From Octopus sinensis (Eukaryota), in assembly GCF_006345805.1 (NCBI RefSeq), contig NC_043005.1, forward strand, positions 58,714,001 to 58,778,000: a stretch of DNA of 64,000 nt. The letters are read 5' to 3'. The position numbers and the translations under genes are program-made. Below the pieces are notes generated by a model, which did no database searches, was not told the DNA's origin, and saw only the letters and a program-made list of their open reading frames with translations. Positions 25,145 to 38,394 of this stretch are shown here, one piece after another (the first letter of the stretch is position 1; the number at the start of each line of letters is the position of its first letter).

Positions 25145-25414
25145 CATTGTTCTTTGAGTTGTGAGGCATTTTTTCCTTTACGGAAAAAGAAAAGCATCAC
25201 GTGCCGAAAATGAACTTTCTTATCTTCCATTTTAAAGGGTTACAAAATTAACAGAAGATATAGGAACATAAACCTTTTTCCACGAAAAGATAGCTTAAAC
25301 TGTGCTCTAAATGGAGGTGTAGTCAAATTCTATTTTATGGACTTAACCATGTTCTAAAATAAGTTGAAAGGTAGGCTACTATAAATTGGCACGAACTTTC
25401 CGGACAACCCAATA
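25145..25414 (-). mobile_element. 5' fragment of a mariner transposon (TIR and start of HTH)
   Basis: TA + TTGGGTTGTCCGGAAAGTTCGTGCC terminal sequence; ATG at 25230 gives MEDKKVHFRHVMLFFFRKGKNASQ, a mariner N-terminus. Confidence 0.8.
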
Positions 25415-26614
25415 GATTTATAATTATAATGTTGATGATAGGGAGGATGATGATACTGATGGTGAATTTTAAGATGACAATTCATTCCACTAAATATAAT
25501 ATCTTCAAATATATTTTCTTCAATAACCTCTATAGAATTTTCTTGAAGTTAAAAACTCAAGTGGAACTTCTGTGTATCTTAATATTTATTTTAGATAATA
25601 TATTTAAATGGAACTGCATTATGAAAATAAGGTGTTTTATAAGCATGAATTTTTAGTGCTGTTTAAAAAGATTTTAAATATCACAGATATATGGTTTTGT
25701 AATTTTCTTTTGGTGTAAAAGAAATTTGCTGAAATCAATTTGAAGGACAGGATTTGAATGAAATAACTTTAATATAGAAGCTTGCCTTACTGGGAATTAA
25801 ATAACTAAAAGAAATGCAGAATCATTGATAAAAATACATTTAATACATTTAATATTTTACATATAATGTGAAAGAACTTGCTCTATTCAGTTTTAACAAC
25901 ATTTCAAGGGAGCATCTTGAATCTAGCAGCTTTTCTCTCTGGGAGTTTAATAATCAAAAGGAGTGCAGATAGCATTAATGGGATAACATTTAATATTTTG
26001 CTCATAAAAAGAAATTGTTCAATTGAAATTTCTATAACAAAACTTCAATGATTTGTCGAGAATGTGGCAGATTTACTCATTGAGAATGAAATAATCAAAA
26101 GACTCACTGAAAGAATAGATATTCTTGCAAAATCGTATATAATGTAGAAGAAATTTATCCAATTCAGTTTTAATGACAAAAATTTCAATGAAACATGCTG
26201 GAATATTATAGCCTTTTGGTTTATTAGAAATGGAAACATCAAAAGAAATGCTGACATGGAAATAAAATACATGGTACAGTATTTTATATTTCACTTATAA
26301 TTTAAAAGAAATAACTTGTTTCACTTTTAGTGACAATACATAAGTAACTCAGGTTGATTTGGGAGTAAAACCATCTCAAGTTGAAACTTATGAGATAACA
26401 AATTATAGATGTTTACTTAAAACAAAATTCAGTTTCATTGAGTCCATTTCAGTGAAATTTACCGAATATCAGAGTTTTATCTACAGGTAATATGAACAAT
26501 GACAAAAAGAAGGAAAACCCAGGCTTATGCAGAAAAATTATGTATGTCAGCTGACAAGATGTATTTTAGTTTGTTGTAAGATGCATCTTTCAGTTGCTTC
26601 AAGATATATTTCAT

Positions 26615-26815
26615 GGATACTCTGAGCTGTATCATCAGTGATGGTTCTGGAGTCTTGGGGTTTGGGATTATTCAACATTATACTCTCTCACCAAGTTGAC
26701 TCTGTAGCAGCAAACCCTTGGTCTGCCCTTTTTATTTAAAGCCACTTGTGGCCTTTGCTGCAGCTTCAGTAATGGAATTTAAGGCTTTCCTCTTTGCTGC
26801 ACCAGCACCTCAATC
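26615..26815 (-). mobile_element. 3' end of a HERO/NeSL-type RLE non-LTR element
   Basis: GAAKRKALNSITEAAAKATS motif followed by a UTR ..ggtgagagagtataatgttgaa...accatcactgatgat resembling HERO 3' ends as recalled. Confidence 0.55.
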
Positions 26816-27404
26816 TCAGACAGAACTTCTCCAGGAATAATGCCTTACAAACTCCTAGCATCCCGCTTCAATTGCCTTGCTACATGCCTGCCAGCCCTGA
26901 TGTCTACATTGCTCTACCTCTACCTACTATAACAAAAACAACAACAACAGCTACAAAACAAACACAAAAACAGTTGTATGTTGAAGAATTATGTATGTGG
27001 GTTAACAATGTATTTTAGTTATAATATAGCTAAAATTTCCAAATTCAGTTTTGGTTGGGAAATTTTAATATAGCTATAAATAAAATAAATTAGAAAACTG
27101 GAGCCAAAATATCTGTACACTAATCTCAAATCTCAATCATAATCTGCAGTAATTATCTTTTTCATTTTTCTATAGTTATGTATTCCATTTGTAATAAGGA
27201 AATAGTAGAAGAGCAGGAGATATACTTTAGTACCTTTTTGTTTTGAATCCAGTTCTTGCCATCAAACGACCTTGTTTTCTATCACTTTAGGTTCAATGAA
27301 ATAAATGCAGGCATCCCCCATATTACTGAAGAGCTACATTCATAAAATTTTTACCATTACTTGGAGTTCCATACTGTAAAACATATTTTCTCTTTGACTT
27401 ATAT

Positions 27405-27623
27405 ACTCTCTCTTTTACTCTTTTACTTGTTTCAGTCATTTGACTGCAGCCATGCTGCAGCACCACTTTTAGTCGAGCAAATCGACCCCAGGACTTATTC
27501 TATGTAAGCCTAGTACTTATTCTATCGGTCTCTTTTGCTGAGCTGCTAAGTTACGTGGACGTAAACAGACCAGCATCGGTTGTCAAGTGATGTTGGGGGA
27601 CAAACACAGACACACAAACATAT

Positions 27624-27668
<45 letters not shown>

Positions 27669-27836
27669 TATGATGGGCTTCTTTCAGTTTCCGCCTACCA
27701 AATCCACTCACAAGTCTTTGGTCGGCCCAAGGCTATAGGAGAAGACACTTGCCCAAGGAGCCACACAGTGGGACTGAACCCGGAACCATGTGGTTCGTAA
27801 GCAAGATACTTACCACACAGCCACTCCTGCACCTAT
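27405..27836 (-). mobile_element. Full-length SINE family 1 with internal (TA/CA)n
   Basis: tRNA-like head, central microsatellite, tail ..gactgaaacaagtaaaagag. Other copies at ~6005-6160, 34950-35200, 36382-36775, 49290-49635, 52636-53064, 53690-54090, 59790-59960 and 61520-61935. Confidence 0.88.
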
Positions 27837-28508
27837 ATACTCATTTAATGTGGACATCAATGAAGAAAATATACTGTACATTCTAGAGCCCAGCATTACA
27901 GCAAGATTTTCAAGAGTGTAACACTTAGCAGAAGAGCAATACTTTATACAACTGAAGAGATGCTTGTAGTTGATTATATCAGTTTCCTAGTATGTGATTG
28001 GTACTTATTTCACTGTCTGCTGTACCCCACAAATGACAAAATTCATTACTAATTGAAGTGAGATTTGAACTCGGAATGTAAAAGGCCACAGCTTCATTCC
28101 ACAAGCTATTTGTCTTATGCACTAATGTTTCTGCCAATCCACCACGCTAAATATCAATGCCAGAAATATCTGCAATATATAAAACAGTATTGATTTTTAA
28201 AAGATGCCAGAACGAAGATAAAAGGCTCCTGTATAATTTACTGTAAGTTTAGGTGTTCATACATATCTTATTTCAGTTGCTGTCATGTTCATGGCTTTGG
28301 AACTTAACCTTTGATGGTATGTACTACATAGCTTTAAAGGTGTATTACAGTTTAGTATAGGTCTGCTTCTGTGAGAAGCAATAATCACATATTTGTAATT
28401 GATTTATGCCACTAGGTAGTCAACTAAACATCTAGGTTTGATCCCCAGATCTACTGTTTCAAATATCAAGTACTTCCATTTAGACAAGGACCATGCAGCA
28501 CACTTCAA

Positions 28509-28539
<31 letters not shown>

Positions 28540-28839
28540 GTTTAGCATCCGCTTTCCATGCTAGCATGGGTTGGATGGTTCGACCAGGGTCTAGGAAGCC
28601 AGGAGGCTGCACTAGGCTCCATTCTGATCTGGCAGTGTTTCTACAGCTGGATGCCCTTCCTAATGCCAACCACTCTGTGAGTGTAGTGGGTGCTTTTTAC
28701 GTACCACTGGCACAGGGGTCAGAGGAGGCTGACAAACGGCCATGATCGGTTGGTGCTTGAGCATGTTTTATTCTTTCTACTGTGAAATCTACTTTTGTAT
28801 TTATGTAGGTAACATGTAACTGGTACCTAAATGTTATCA

Positions 28840-29390
28840 GTTGAGTGCCACAAGGATCCATCCTTTCACTCATTCCTTTCAACCTGTATTTACACAATCT
28901 TCTCAAGCTACCACAAAACCAAAGTACTAGCTTACACAGACCTGATATCACAATCACATTCTTATCCTTGTACTATTCTCCAGACAGTATTGCACAACTA
29001 CTTCAAATATATTTAAATCACTAAGAAACCTGACTTTGCAACAAGAAACTTGAAGCTGCACCTACTAAATGTTACCATCAACACCAGAGAATATCGAATT
29101 TTACCAACAATCACACTCAACAGCTCACAAAAACTCTTACACACACTTACAGAAGTAAAACAAAAGATATTAGGCATTACATACAACACCTCATCAATAT
29201 TTACTGAATACATAGAAGACAGAGTAAAGAAACCAAAACTATACACAAACATACTCAGAACAATCACAGATATTATGTTTGGCCAACAGAAAGAAACAAT
29301 AACACTGGTGTACAAACTATATATATTAAATTTATCATGGACAATATCATTTCTATCTGAGACCCTAATCTCTTTGTAACAAACCATAAT
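28840..29390 (+). mobile_element. Degenerate LINE reverse transcriptase fragment (I/Jockey/L2-like)
   Basis: VPQGSILS..PFNLY..L followed by LAYTD/DITI (YADD-like) with frameshifts; the related C-terminal piece is duplicated at 29700-29875 and 30370-30535. Confidence 0.6.
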
Positions 29391-29439
29391 AAATTACTTC
29401 GTTTTTTCATTTGGTTTGTAAGATTCTATATGTGAATTC

Positions 29440-29593
29440 ATGCCGATATAATTAATACACACTGGTTCAGTTCCACTCCTTTTCTTTATTATTAGTCAAT
29501 TGGTTAAATATCCAACTAATTAATTTTTTTTGACTAATTATAAAGAAAAGGAATGGAATTGAACCAGTGTGTGTGTGTTAATTATATTGGCAT
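29440..29593. repeat. 154-bp inverted repeat (MITE-like)
   Basis: ~60-bp arms atgccgatataattaa..cactggttcagttccactccttttctttattattagtcaa and its reverse complement, around a ~30-nt AT-rich spacer. Confidence 0.85.
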
Positions 29594-29878
29594 AATCAAT
29601 CTCCCTAGACACAGCAAAAGATAATGAATTAAAAATTAAAAAAACAAAACAAATAGTGCACTATGCACCATTCCTAGTTGTACACAGACCACCTATACTA
29701 AGAAACAAGTATACTAAAACTATGTGGCTGTGCAAGGGTGACTGTTTGTTCTGTTACAAACTTCAATTCTCACAGTCCCTGCTATTACATTAAAAAAAAT
29801 TCCCCCACTGCCCCAAGCACCCAAGCACATACACAACAGCCTGTAGCTCAACTATAAGAACATCTTAAAAATCATTAA

Positions 29879-30099
29879 CCCTTTAGCATTCAGATTACTC
29901 TGTCAGATGTAATGTTTATTCATTCACATTGCTTTGAATTAATCATACATTACCTTGTAGCTTTGAGATTTTGATGATATGACTGTTTATCTTCAGAATG
30001 ACATTGTAGGGAAGGTATGAAAGGCTGGATCTAGTTGGTTTGCTTGTAAAACAGGTAGAATATCTTGGGCAGGAAATGGTCACTTTAAATGATGAAAGG
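29879..30099 (+). mobile_element. piggyBac-like non-autonomous element, family B
   Basis: TTAA on both sides and ccctttagcatt / tgatgaaagg termini; minus copy at 31539-31760 is also TTAA-flanked; partial copies at ~30225-30360 and 35225-35390. Confidence 0.7.
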
Positions 30100-30873
30100 T
30101 TAAGCCCCAGCTGTTACTTATTTCTTTATTGCCCACAAGGGGCTAACATAGAGGGGACAAACAAAGGGATTAAGTCGATTAGATCAACCCCAGTGCATAA
30201 CTGGTACTTAATTTATCGACCCCGATTACCTTGTAGCTTTGAGATTTTGATGATGTGACTGTTTATCTCTAGAATGACAGTGTAGGGTAGGCGTGAGAGG
30301 CCAGATCTGGCCAGTTTAAACATAGGACAGATATAAAATATTTTGGCCAAATACAGCTGGTCTCTATAGCAAAATGGTAAACCTTGTGGTCATGCAAGGG
30401 TGACTCTTTACTCTGTGGCAAACTTCCATTCTCACAGCCCCTGCTGTTGCCTAAAAAGTCCACCCCTACTGTCTGAAGTATCCAAGCATATACACAACGG
30501 CCTGAAGCACAGCATTAGAACATCTTAAAACCACTAACTCTCTCACTCAGACTGGACAAGCATAAGAACAAGCCTATATATGAAGAGAAATAGTTACAAC
30601 AGCAGCAGTATCACTGGCACCATACACTATGCTAAGATGTACACCAAAAACAACAACAACAATAACATCAAAACCAGAGACTGCAATTGCTGTGGTCTAA
30701 GCTAAACTCAGTCACCTCTGCTGTGGTAATCACTGAAATCTGTGGCTGTGGAGAAACAAGGTGGATAGCGGAGAGATTGCAACACATCCAGACAACCATA
30801 CTGTACTCTTTTCACTTTCCCATTGTGGTGCTGAAATACAGACCGACAGAGATACAGACAGATACACATCTAC

Positions 30874-30917
<44 letters not shown>

Positions 30918-32270
30918 ATTCGAGTGAGGTTGTTGCCAGTGCTGCCTGACTGGCTCCCGTGCTTGTGTCACATAAAAAGCACCATTTGAGCGTGGCCATT
31001 GCCAGTGTCAACTAACTGGCCCTCGTGCTGGTGGCACGTTAAAGCACCCACTACATACTCGGAGTGGTTAGCATTAGGAAGGGCATCCAGCTGTAGAACC
31101 TCTGGCAGATCAGATTGGTGTCTGGTGCAGCCATCTGGTTTGCCAGACCTCAGTCAAATCGTCCAACCCATGCTCGCATGGAAAGCGGATGTTAAACGAT
31201 GATGATGATGATATATATTCCAAGAAAGTTAGAGGTTGTGAATCCAACCAACTAAGGAATAATATCTATCCAATATACTGCTGGTAGAATACCCAATTAA
31301 TCATACACGAGTGTGTTTTTTTTTATTGCATTTGACATAATATAATGTTTAAAAGTTGATGAACCACCTATTTCCATCAGCTGACTGAGAACCATGCTCT
31401 CTTCTTTGAGATACATCATTATCTCTTTCCACTTGGAATCTTTTATCTTCAAACTGACATGTCAGATATGTTTAATGCTTTTGATACCAAACTGACCAAA
31501 ACCATCCTTGCTTCTATGATGCAAATTACCCATTTTAACCATTTAGCATTTAAGATGGCCATATCTGGCCCAAATATTCTACCCATTTTATGTTCAAACC
31601 AGGTAGATCTGGTTTCTCACACCTACCCAACAATATCAGTCTAGTTATATACTATCATACCTTCAAAATCTCAAAGCTACGAGGTAATGCATAATTAATT
31701 CAAAGTAATGTGAATAAATTAGCATGACATTTGACAGAAAAATTTGAATACTGATCTAAGTTAAAAACTTTCCACCAAAATTTCATGTTAATCTATGTTC
31801 CAAACACCACCTTAAAACTGGCAAAATTTATTCGAATAAATGTTTTATTTTCAAAATTAATTAAAACAAAGGCATTCTGATTTCAAGAGAGATTTGGCAA
31901 TGAAGGAATTAATCAAAGTCCTATTGATCTTCATCAGAATCTAAATGTTGTAGTATTTCATTGGTAGTAAACAATTTGCACCTCTGTCTTTTTATTTGGA
32001 AGTGGTTGGGTGAGGTAAGTCTCCTGGTTAGTCAAAAGACTGGGTGGGGTTGGGGATGGGGGGGTAATATTGAAAACAAGACATAGAACAGAGCAAACTG
32101 TTAGAAAACGTTTATGAACTGCTTCATTCTGCACTGGTGACCTTTCTTTATTCGTATTGGCCAATCCAGTTTTTGGTTTGACCAGATTTTCACATAGAGT
32201 TTGCCTATTCCTGCTATATTTGGAATATGACTTGAGCATTTAATCTGAACAAACTTCCTTGCATAATCAT

Positions 32271-32302
<32 letters not shown>

Positions 32303-33570
32303 GCTGCTGCACCACCACAATACCACCACCATCACTATTATCATCATCATCAGCAACAGCAGCTGTGGCAGCAATGTTTTACATTCACTTTTCTGTACTG
32401 GTACGGATTGAAGTTTTCCTAAGACAGTGTTTTCGGTCAGACGTCTTTTCCATTATCAACTCTGTTAGTTACCTCTTGTGATTCACAACAGGGGTACAGC
32501 AAACCTTTTGTAAAAACTGTGATACACATGATAAAGTGTCTTTTTTTTTAAAAAAAATTTCATCTTTCTATTTTTCTGACCTCAAATACCCATTGAATTA
32601 ATTGACTTCACAATTTAAAAAAAGAAAAAAATTTGAGCGAGTTCGTTGCCAGTGCCGCTGGACTGGCTCCTGTGCAGGTGGCACATAAAAAGCACCATTT
32701 GAGCGTGGCCATTGCCAGTACTGCCTGACTGGCCCTCGTGCCAGTGACACATAAAAACACCCTCTACACTCTCAGAGTGGTTGGTGTTAGGAAGGGCATC
32801 CAGCTGTAGAAACTCTGCCAGATCAGATTAGAGTCTGGTGCAACACTCTGTTTCGCTAGCCCTCAGTCAAATCGTCCAACCCATGCTAGCATGGAAAGTG
32901 GACGTTAAACGATGATGATGATGATGATGATGATGAGGAGGAGGATGAATTTCACCAATACAACAGTATATGGATCAACCATCAATGAAACTAGTACCAA
33001 TCAATTATTGGGTTTGATAGAATTGATTCTACCTCTCATCCTATAATCATGACCTTACATGAATCCAGCAAATAATTTAGAAAGTGGTAAATATTAAAAC
33101 AAGTGTTTGTTTCTCTAAAGAAGTTTACGAACCAAACAATCCTTGGTTGTTCTTTGTGACATAAGTAAAATAGATTGATTTCGTGTTGTTGTTTTTCATT
33201 TTCTTCATATAAGTAATGAAGAAGACAGTAGCATAAAAACCTATTTGAACATTTTCATAATTAATGCAGCTAGGATTTGAATTTTCTTATGTTTCCTAGC
33301 TTTAAATAAAATGCAAAATATTTTTACATCAATTCAAATATGTTTTTTTTTTCTTATGCAAGAAAAGACATATGAAGAATTATTTTTTCCAGATTCTTTT
33401 CATTTTTAAATAGAAAATTTTCAAAGTGTGTATGTGTGTGTGTGTGTGTGTGTGTATGAGTGAATGTGTGTATGCATATCCAAGTGTATATATAACTAAA
33501 TACATACACACAAGTATTTTGAGTATCAGTGTCTACATTCATACACACACACACATACATGCATACATAC

Positions 33571-33619
<49 letters not shown>

Positions 33620-35527
33620 CACATACATACATACATATAAATATATACATACATACATATATGTGTGTGTGTGTATATATGTGTGTATATATATATATGT
33701 ATATATGTCTATATATATATATGTATACATAATCTGCATGCATACATACATACAGACAGACAGGCACACACACACACACATACACACACACACATACACA
33801 CACGTGTGTGTGTATGTATGTATACAGACAAATGTATATTTTTTATGAATTTTATACATCAAAAATTTGGTTTTACATTATTTAATTAAAAAAAACAAAT
33901 GCAAAAAGCTATAACATTTATATAAAATTTTCCAAAGGTGTGAGAGACATATTTTTGATTTTTAGGTGGCATCTATCATCATCATTTACAGTTTTACCAC
34001 TGAACATTATTACCGTTTCCCACTGAATCGTTGTTTCTTTTTATCTGTTTTTTTTTTTTTCTTTTGCATTATTTCTAAATTATATTTCATAAAAAGAAAC
34101 TTGGAATGTTTCTAAACTTTCATCTTTTTCAATGAAATATTTGATAAGTTTTAAGACATTTTTTTTTTATTTTCCAGTATTTGTTGCGTGATAAGATTTA
34201 ACAAAAAAAAAAAAACAGAAAAAGAAAACAAAAAACAAAATAAAACAAACAGATGAAAATCATGGTTCAGTTTAGTTCAATTCAATTTGATTGATTGGTA
34301 CATGTAGTTACTTCTGCCAAAACCTTCTACCCCCCGGGTTAGAACAACAGATGTGCTGTTGTTCTAACTCCTGCCTTTTCTATTGTGTTTACATAGATTC
34401 TGTCTCTCTCTCTCTCTCTAAGATCTGTATGGCTGAATGATTCAGAGGTTTGTGGCCATGCCGGAGCACTGCCTTTAGTCAAGCAAATCGACTCCAGGAC
34501 CCATTCTATTGGTCTCATTTGCCGAACTGCCAAGTTACTACGGGGATGCAAACACACCAGTTGTTCTAACTTCTGCCTTTTCTATTGTGTTTACATAGAT
34601 TCTGTCTCTCTCTGTAAGATCTGTATGGCTGAATGATTGATTCAGAGGTTGTCTTTGCTATTACAAGGTCCTAGGTTCAATCCTAGTGTGTAACATTTTA
34701 GGTGAGTGTAATTTTCTAGAGCCTCAGGTCAGCCCATACTTTGTGAGTGAAAATGGATTGAGAGGAACTGTGTAGAAGCCCAGCAAATGGATTGTACCTG
34801 CAAGCCAAAAAGTAGGGAAACACTGTCCCCTTTCTTACTGTTTTCCATTTTCATCACTACATTCACAAAAAGAAAAAAAAACCCCAAAAAAATTCTGGGG
34901 CACAGACTTGAAGAGGTTTAGTTAAGTGAATCTTTAAAAACTTGATAATTATTCTATTGGTTTCTTTTGCTGAACTGCTAAGTTATGGGAGACACAAACA
35001 CACTAACACTGGTTGTCAAAAGATGGTGGGGGACAAAGACAGACATGCACACACACACCACACACACACACATTATGCACAATGAGCTTCTTTCAGTTTC
35101 CATGAACCAAATCCACTCACAAGGCCTTGGTTAGCCTGGGGCTATAGACGAATGCACTTGTCCAAGGTGTCATGCTGTGGAACTGAATGAATAACCATGT
35201 GGTTTTTTTTTTTTTGCACTATGGTTGAAATTGATCCAGCATTATCTGGTAGGTTCAAGATTTCAATGAGGCATCTTTTAATTTCTAGACATTGTAGGCT
35301 AAGTGTAAAAGGTAGGATCTGGTTGGTATGAGCATAAAAGCAGCAAGAATATTTGGGCTGTATTTGATTTTTTTAAATTTCAAAAGGTTAAAAAGTGATC
35401 AATATATATCCCCTATTTATTTTCATGTCAATAAAACTGTGTCCCCTATTTGTACATTAATTGGACCTTGTCAGTGTTTCTATATTATTAACCAGGTCGT
35501 TCTACCTCTTTTATTTGTATTTGTCAG

Positions 35528-35608
35528 GCTACAGGACCTGTCATTACATTGGACACCTATGAAGTCAACTTTGGACGTCATCTTGGACTAAACGAGTCTG
35601 TCGAAAAG
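35528..35608 (+). CDS. CFAP65: Coding exon of CFAP65-like gene (ATGPVITLDTYEVNFGRHLGLNESVEK)
   Basis: Acceptor tttatttgtatttgtcag|GCT, donor AAG|gtaaat, 81 nt, phase 0-0. PVITLDTYEVNFG resembles the recalled PPISVEPVEVDFG (start of an Ig-like ASH domain). Confidence 0.68.
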
Positions 35609-36594
35609 GTAAATGAGTTTAATATGAAATTAATCTTTATTGATTTATGTCTCTGATACATGCTGATTCAACAATGGTGATGGTGTGGTAGTGGTGGTGG
35701 TTGTGGTGCTGGTAAGGTGGCGAGCTGGCAGAAACGTTAGCACGCCGGGCGATATGCGTAGCTGTATTTCGTCTGCCGTTACATTCTGAGTTCAAATTCC
35801 GTTTAGGTCGACTTTGCCGTTCATCCTTTCGGGGTCAATAAGTTAAGTACCAGTTACGCACTGGGGTCGATGTAATCGGCTTAAACCGTTTGTCTCTCTT
35901 TGTTTGTCCTCTCTGTGTTTAGCCCCTTGTGGGTAGTAAAGAAATAGGTTGTGGTGCTAGTGGTGGTGGTAACAGTGGTGGTGATGTCATGAAGGTAGCA
36001 GTTGTGGTGGTGGTGGTGGTTGTGTTGGTGGATGTAATAATTGAAGAGCAGGTTTCTAATGATGGTGGCACCGTTAGTGGCAATGATGATGGTGTGGGAT
36101 TACTGTGGAGCTTAGTGATGACAGTGGCAGAATTTGGTGGTGATGGTGGTAGTAGTGATAGTGATGCAGCTTAGTGGTGATGGCGATGGAGTCTGGCCGT
36201 GGATGTGATGAAACCTATTTCTTTACTATCCACAAGGGGCTAAACACAGAGAGGACAAACAAGGACAGACAAACGGATTAAGTTCATTATATCGACCCCA
36301 GTGCGTAACTGGTACTTATTTAATCGACCCTGAAAGGATGAAAGGCACAGATTGACCCTGAACTTTTCCTTGCATGCACACTACTCTTTTACTTGTTTCA
36401 GTCATTTGACAGTGGCCATGCTGGAGCACTGCCTTAAGTCGAGCAAATCGACCCCAGGACCCATTCCTTGTATGCCCAGTACCCACTCCATCGGTCTCCT
36501 TCGCCGAACTGCCAAGTTACAGGAACGCAAACACACCAGCATCGGTTGTCAAGTGATGTTGGGGGGACAAACATAGATGCACAAACATATATAT

Positions 36595-36668
<74 letters not shown>

Positions 36669-36774
36669 TACATATATACGACGGGCTTCTTTCAGTTTCC
36701 GTCTACCAAATCTACTCACAAGGCTTTGGTCAGCCCGAAGCTATAGTAGAAGACACTTGCCCAAGGTGCCAAGG

Positions 36775-36919
36775 TTCAACTTACACAAGTTAATGAGTGA
36801 AAAAAAAAAATGAATTTCTATAAAACATGTTTTTAAACATTGAATGACTATGGATGTCCATCTGGATAAAATTATAATCAAAGGGGTCCGTAGTTAAAAA
36901 AAATGGTTGAGAACCCCTG
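36775..36919. mobile_element. hAT-like non-autonomous element end
   Basis: Terminal ggttgagaacccctg (reverse complement CAGGGGTTCTCAACC), typical of hAT TIRs; the other end was not found. Confidence 0.4.
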
Positions 36920-36934
36920 GTGTAGTGTGTAGTC

Positions 36935-37324
36935 GTCTCAAAAAGGAGGTCTGGTTTCAGCTGTACAGGATCTTTTTGATTGTGCCGAGGAAAATTAAAA
37001 CATTTTGGAAACAGTCATAACAAGTGATGAATTATGGGTCTATGGCTGTGACCCTGAAACCAAAGCAAGAATCAAATCCCACTTGAAAGGAGCAAGATTT
37101 CAAGACATCTAGGAAATCCAAGGGAATGCAATGAAGCAGCTGCTTGCTATCCCAAAACAGGAGTTCTGCAAATGCTTCCATGGAAACATCTATGGAAACA
37201 GTGCTGGATAAAATGTGTGGCTTCAGAATGGGACTACTTCAGAGGAGACAAAATGGTAAATTGATATCTGTTGGAGTTCTCTTTTTATAGCACTAGTCCT
37301 GATACTTTTTGGTCGGACCTTGTA
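36935..37324 (+). mobile_element. Mariner remnant with 3' TIR
   Basis: VITSDELWVYGCDPETK and LKG.RFQDI.EI...KQLLAIPK.EF.KCF..W.KCV...DYF motifs; ends tcctgatactttttggtcggaccttg-TA. Confidence 0.75.
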
Positions 37325-37326
37325 TT

Positions 37327-38110
37327 TACAAGAGGGTACTCAAAAGAAGCCAGAATTTTGCAATATTATTTCATTCACATAGTTTTACATGTTTACACTT
37401 TTATCACCTTCAAAGTATTCTCCACTTTAAGCAATGCATTGGTCCAAATGTGTTTTCCACTATTCAAAGCAATGCTGGAACTCTTGTGGAATGATGTCTT
37501 CTAATGCCTCAGTTGTTTTTTTTTTCACCTCTTCCACATCTGCAAAACGTTTTCCTTTTTAGTACATTTTTCATTTGGGGGAATGAAAAATGGGAGCAAA
37601 ATCAGGTGAATAGGGAGTGTGGGTAATCAGGGTCGTGCCATTTCTAGCCAAAAACTGTCTCACATTTGAGATGGTGTGTGCAGGTGCATTGTCATGAAGA
37701 AAAAACCACTCTCCACTTTGCTACAGGTTGGGGCGTTTTTGTCTCACCGCATCTTGCAAATGTTTCAGAACTGCCAAGTAGAATGTCTGGTTAACAGTTT
37801 GACTAGGAGGAACAAATTCTGTGTGGACAATTCCTTTCACATTGATGAAACAAATCAGCATCGTTTTGACATTGGACTTCATTTGACATCCTTTTTTTGG
37901 GTCGTAGTGACATTGAATGCTTCCATTGACTTGATTGCTGCTTCATTTCTGGGTCGTAGCCATAGTACCACTTTTTGTCACCAATGATGACCTTTGAATA
38001 AATGTCTGGATCAACTTCCAACTGTTCTTTCAGTTCATGACAGGCATTCAGTCATGTCTGCTTTTGATCTTCCTTGAGCAAGTGAGGCACACATTTTTCA
38101 GACTTTCACA
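37327..38110 (-). mobile_element. Mariner (DD34D) remnant with 3' TIR
   Basis: VIIGDKKWYYGYDPEMKQQSSQWK and WFFLHDNAPAH..HTPYSPDFAP motifs across frameshifts; terminus TA-CAAGAGGGTACTCAAAAG. Confidence 0.82.
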
Positions 38111-38394
38111 GCATTTCTGTCTATTTAATTCTACTCACATGCCTTGGATTGATCTGAGTCTATGAGGAAAAAAGATACTTCACCAAGATGTCTTGCATTA
38201 GGACAGAATACCAAGACTTCATGTTTGCACAATGAATATTTTAAATGCCTGATCAGATCATCCAGTCATCTACTAACTTAGGGTCATGTGATCATAAATT
38301 AAATTTATAACCTCAAAAGTCCTTTCTTCCATGATATTTTATCCAACTATTTGATTTAGTTTTAATTATAGAAAGGACATTTTGGTTTTTGCCT

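Noticed and set aside
26353-26486. Candidate exon VDLGVKPSQVETYEITNY...FIY with donor CAG|gtaata
   Set aside because: Poor acceptor, ends in phase 2, and 35528-35608 fits the expected peptide much better. The surrounding 25900-26280 looks like a very decayed RT, too weak to call.
26590-26645. Minus-strand CTGATGA...GAAATATATC hammerhead-like string
   Set aside because: Stems I and II are out of register with the core; it lies in the HERO-like 3' UTR. A similar partial match at ~13514 also lacks stems.
28277-32014. Short candidate exons 28277-28316 and 31954-32014 with good donor sites
   Set aside because: They would shift the frame of the four-exon model and have no recognisable homology; not supportable without RNA data.
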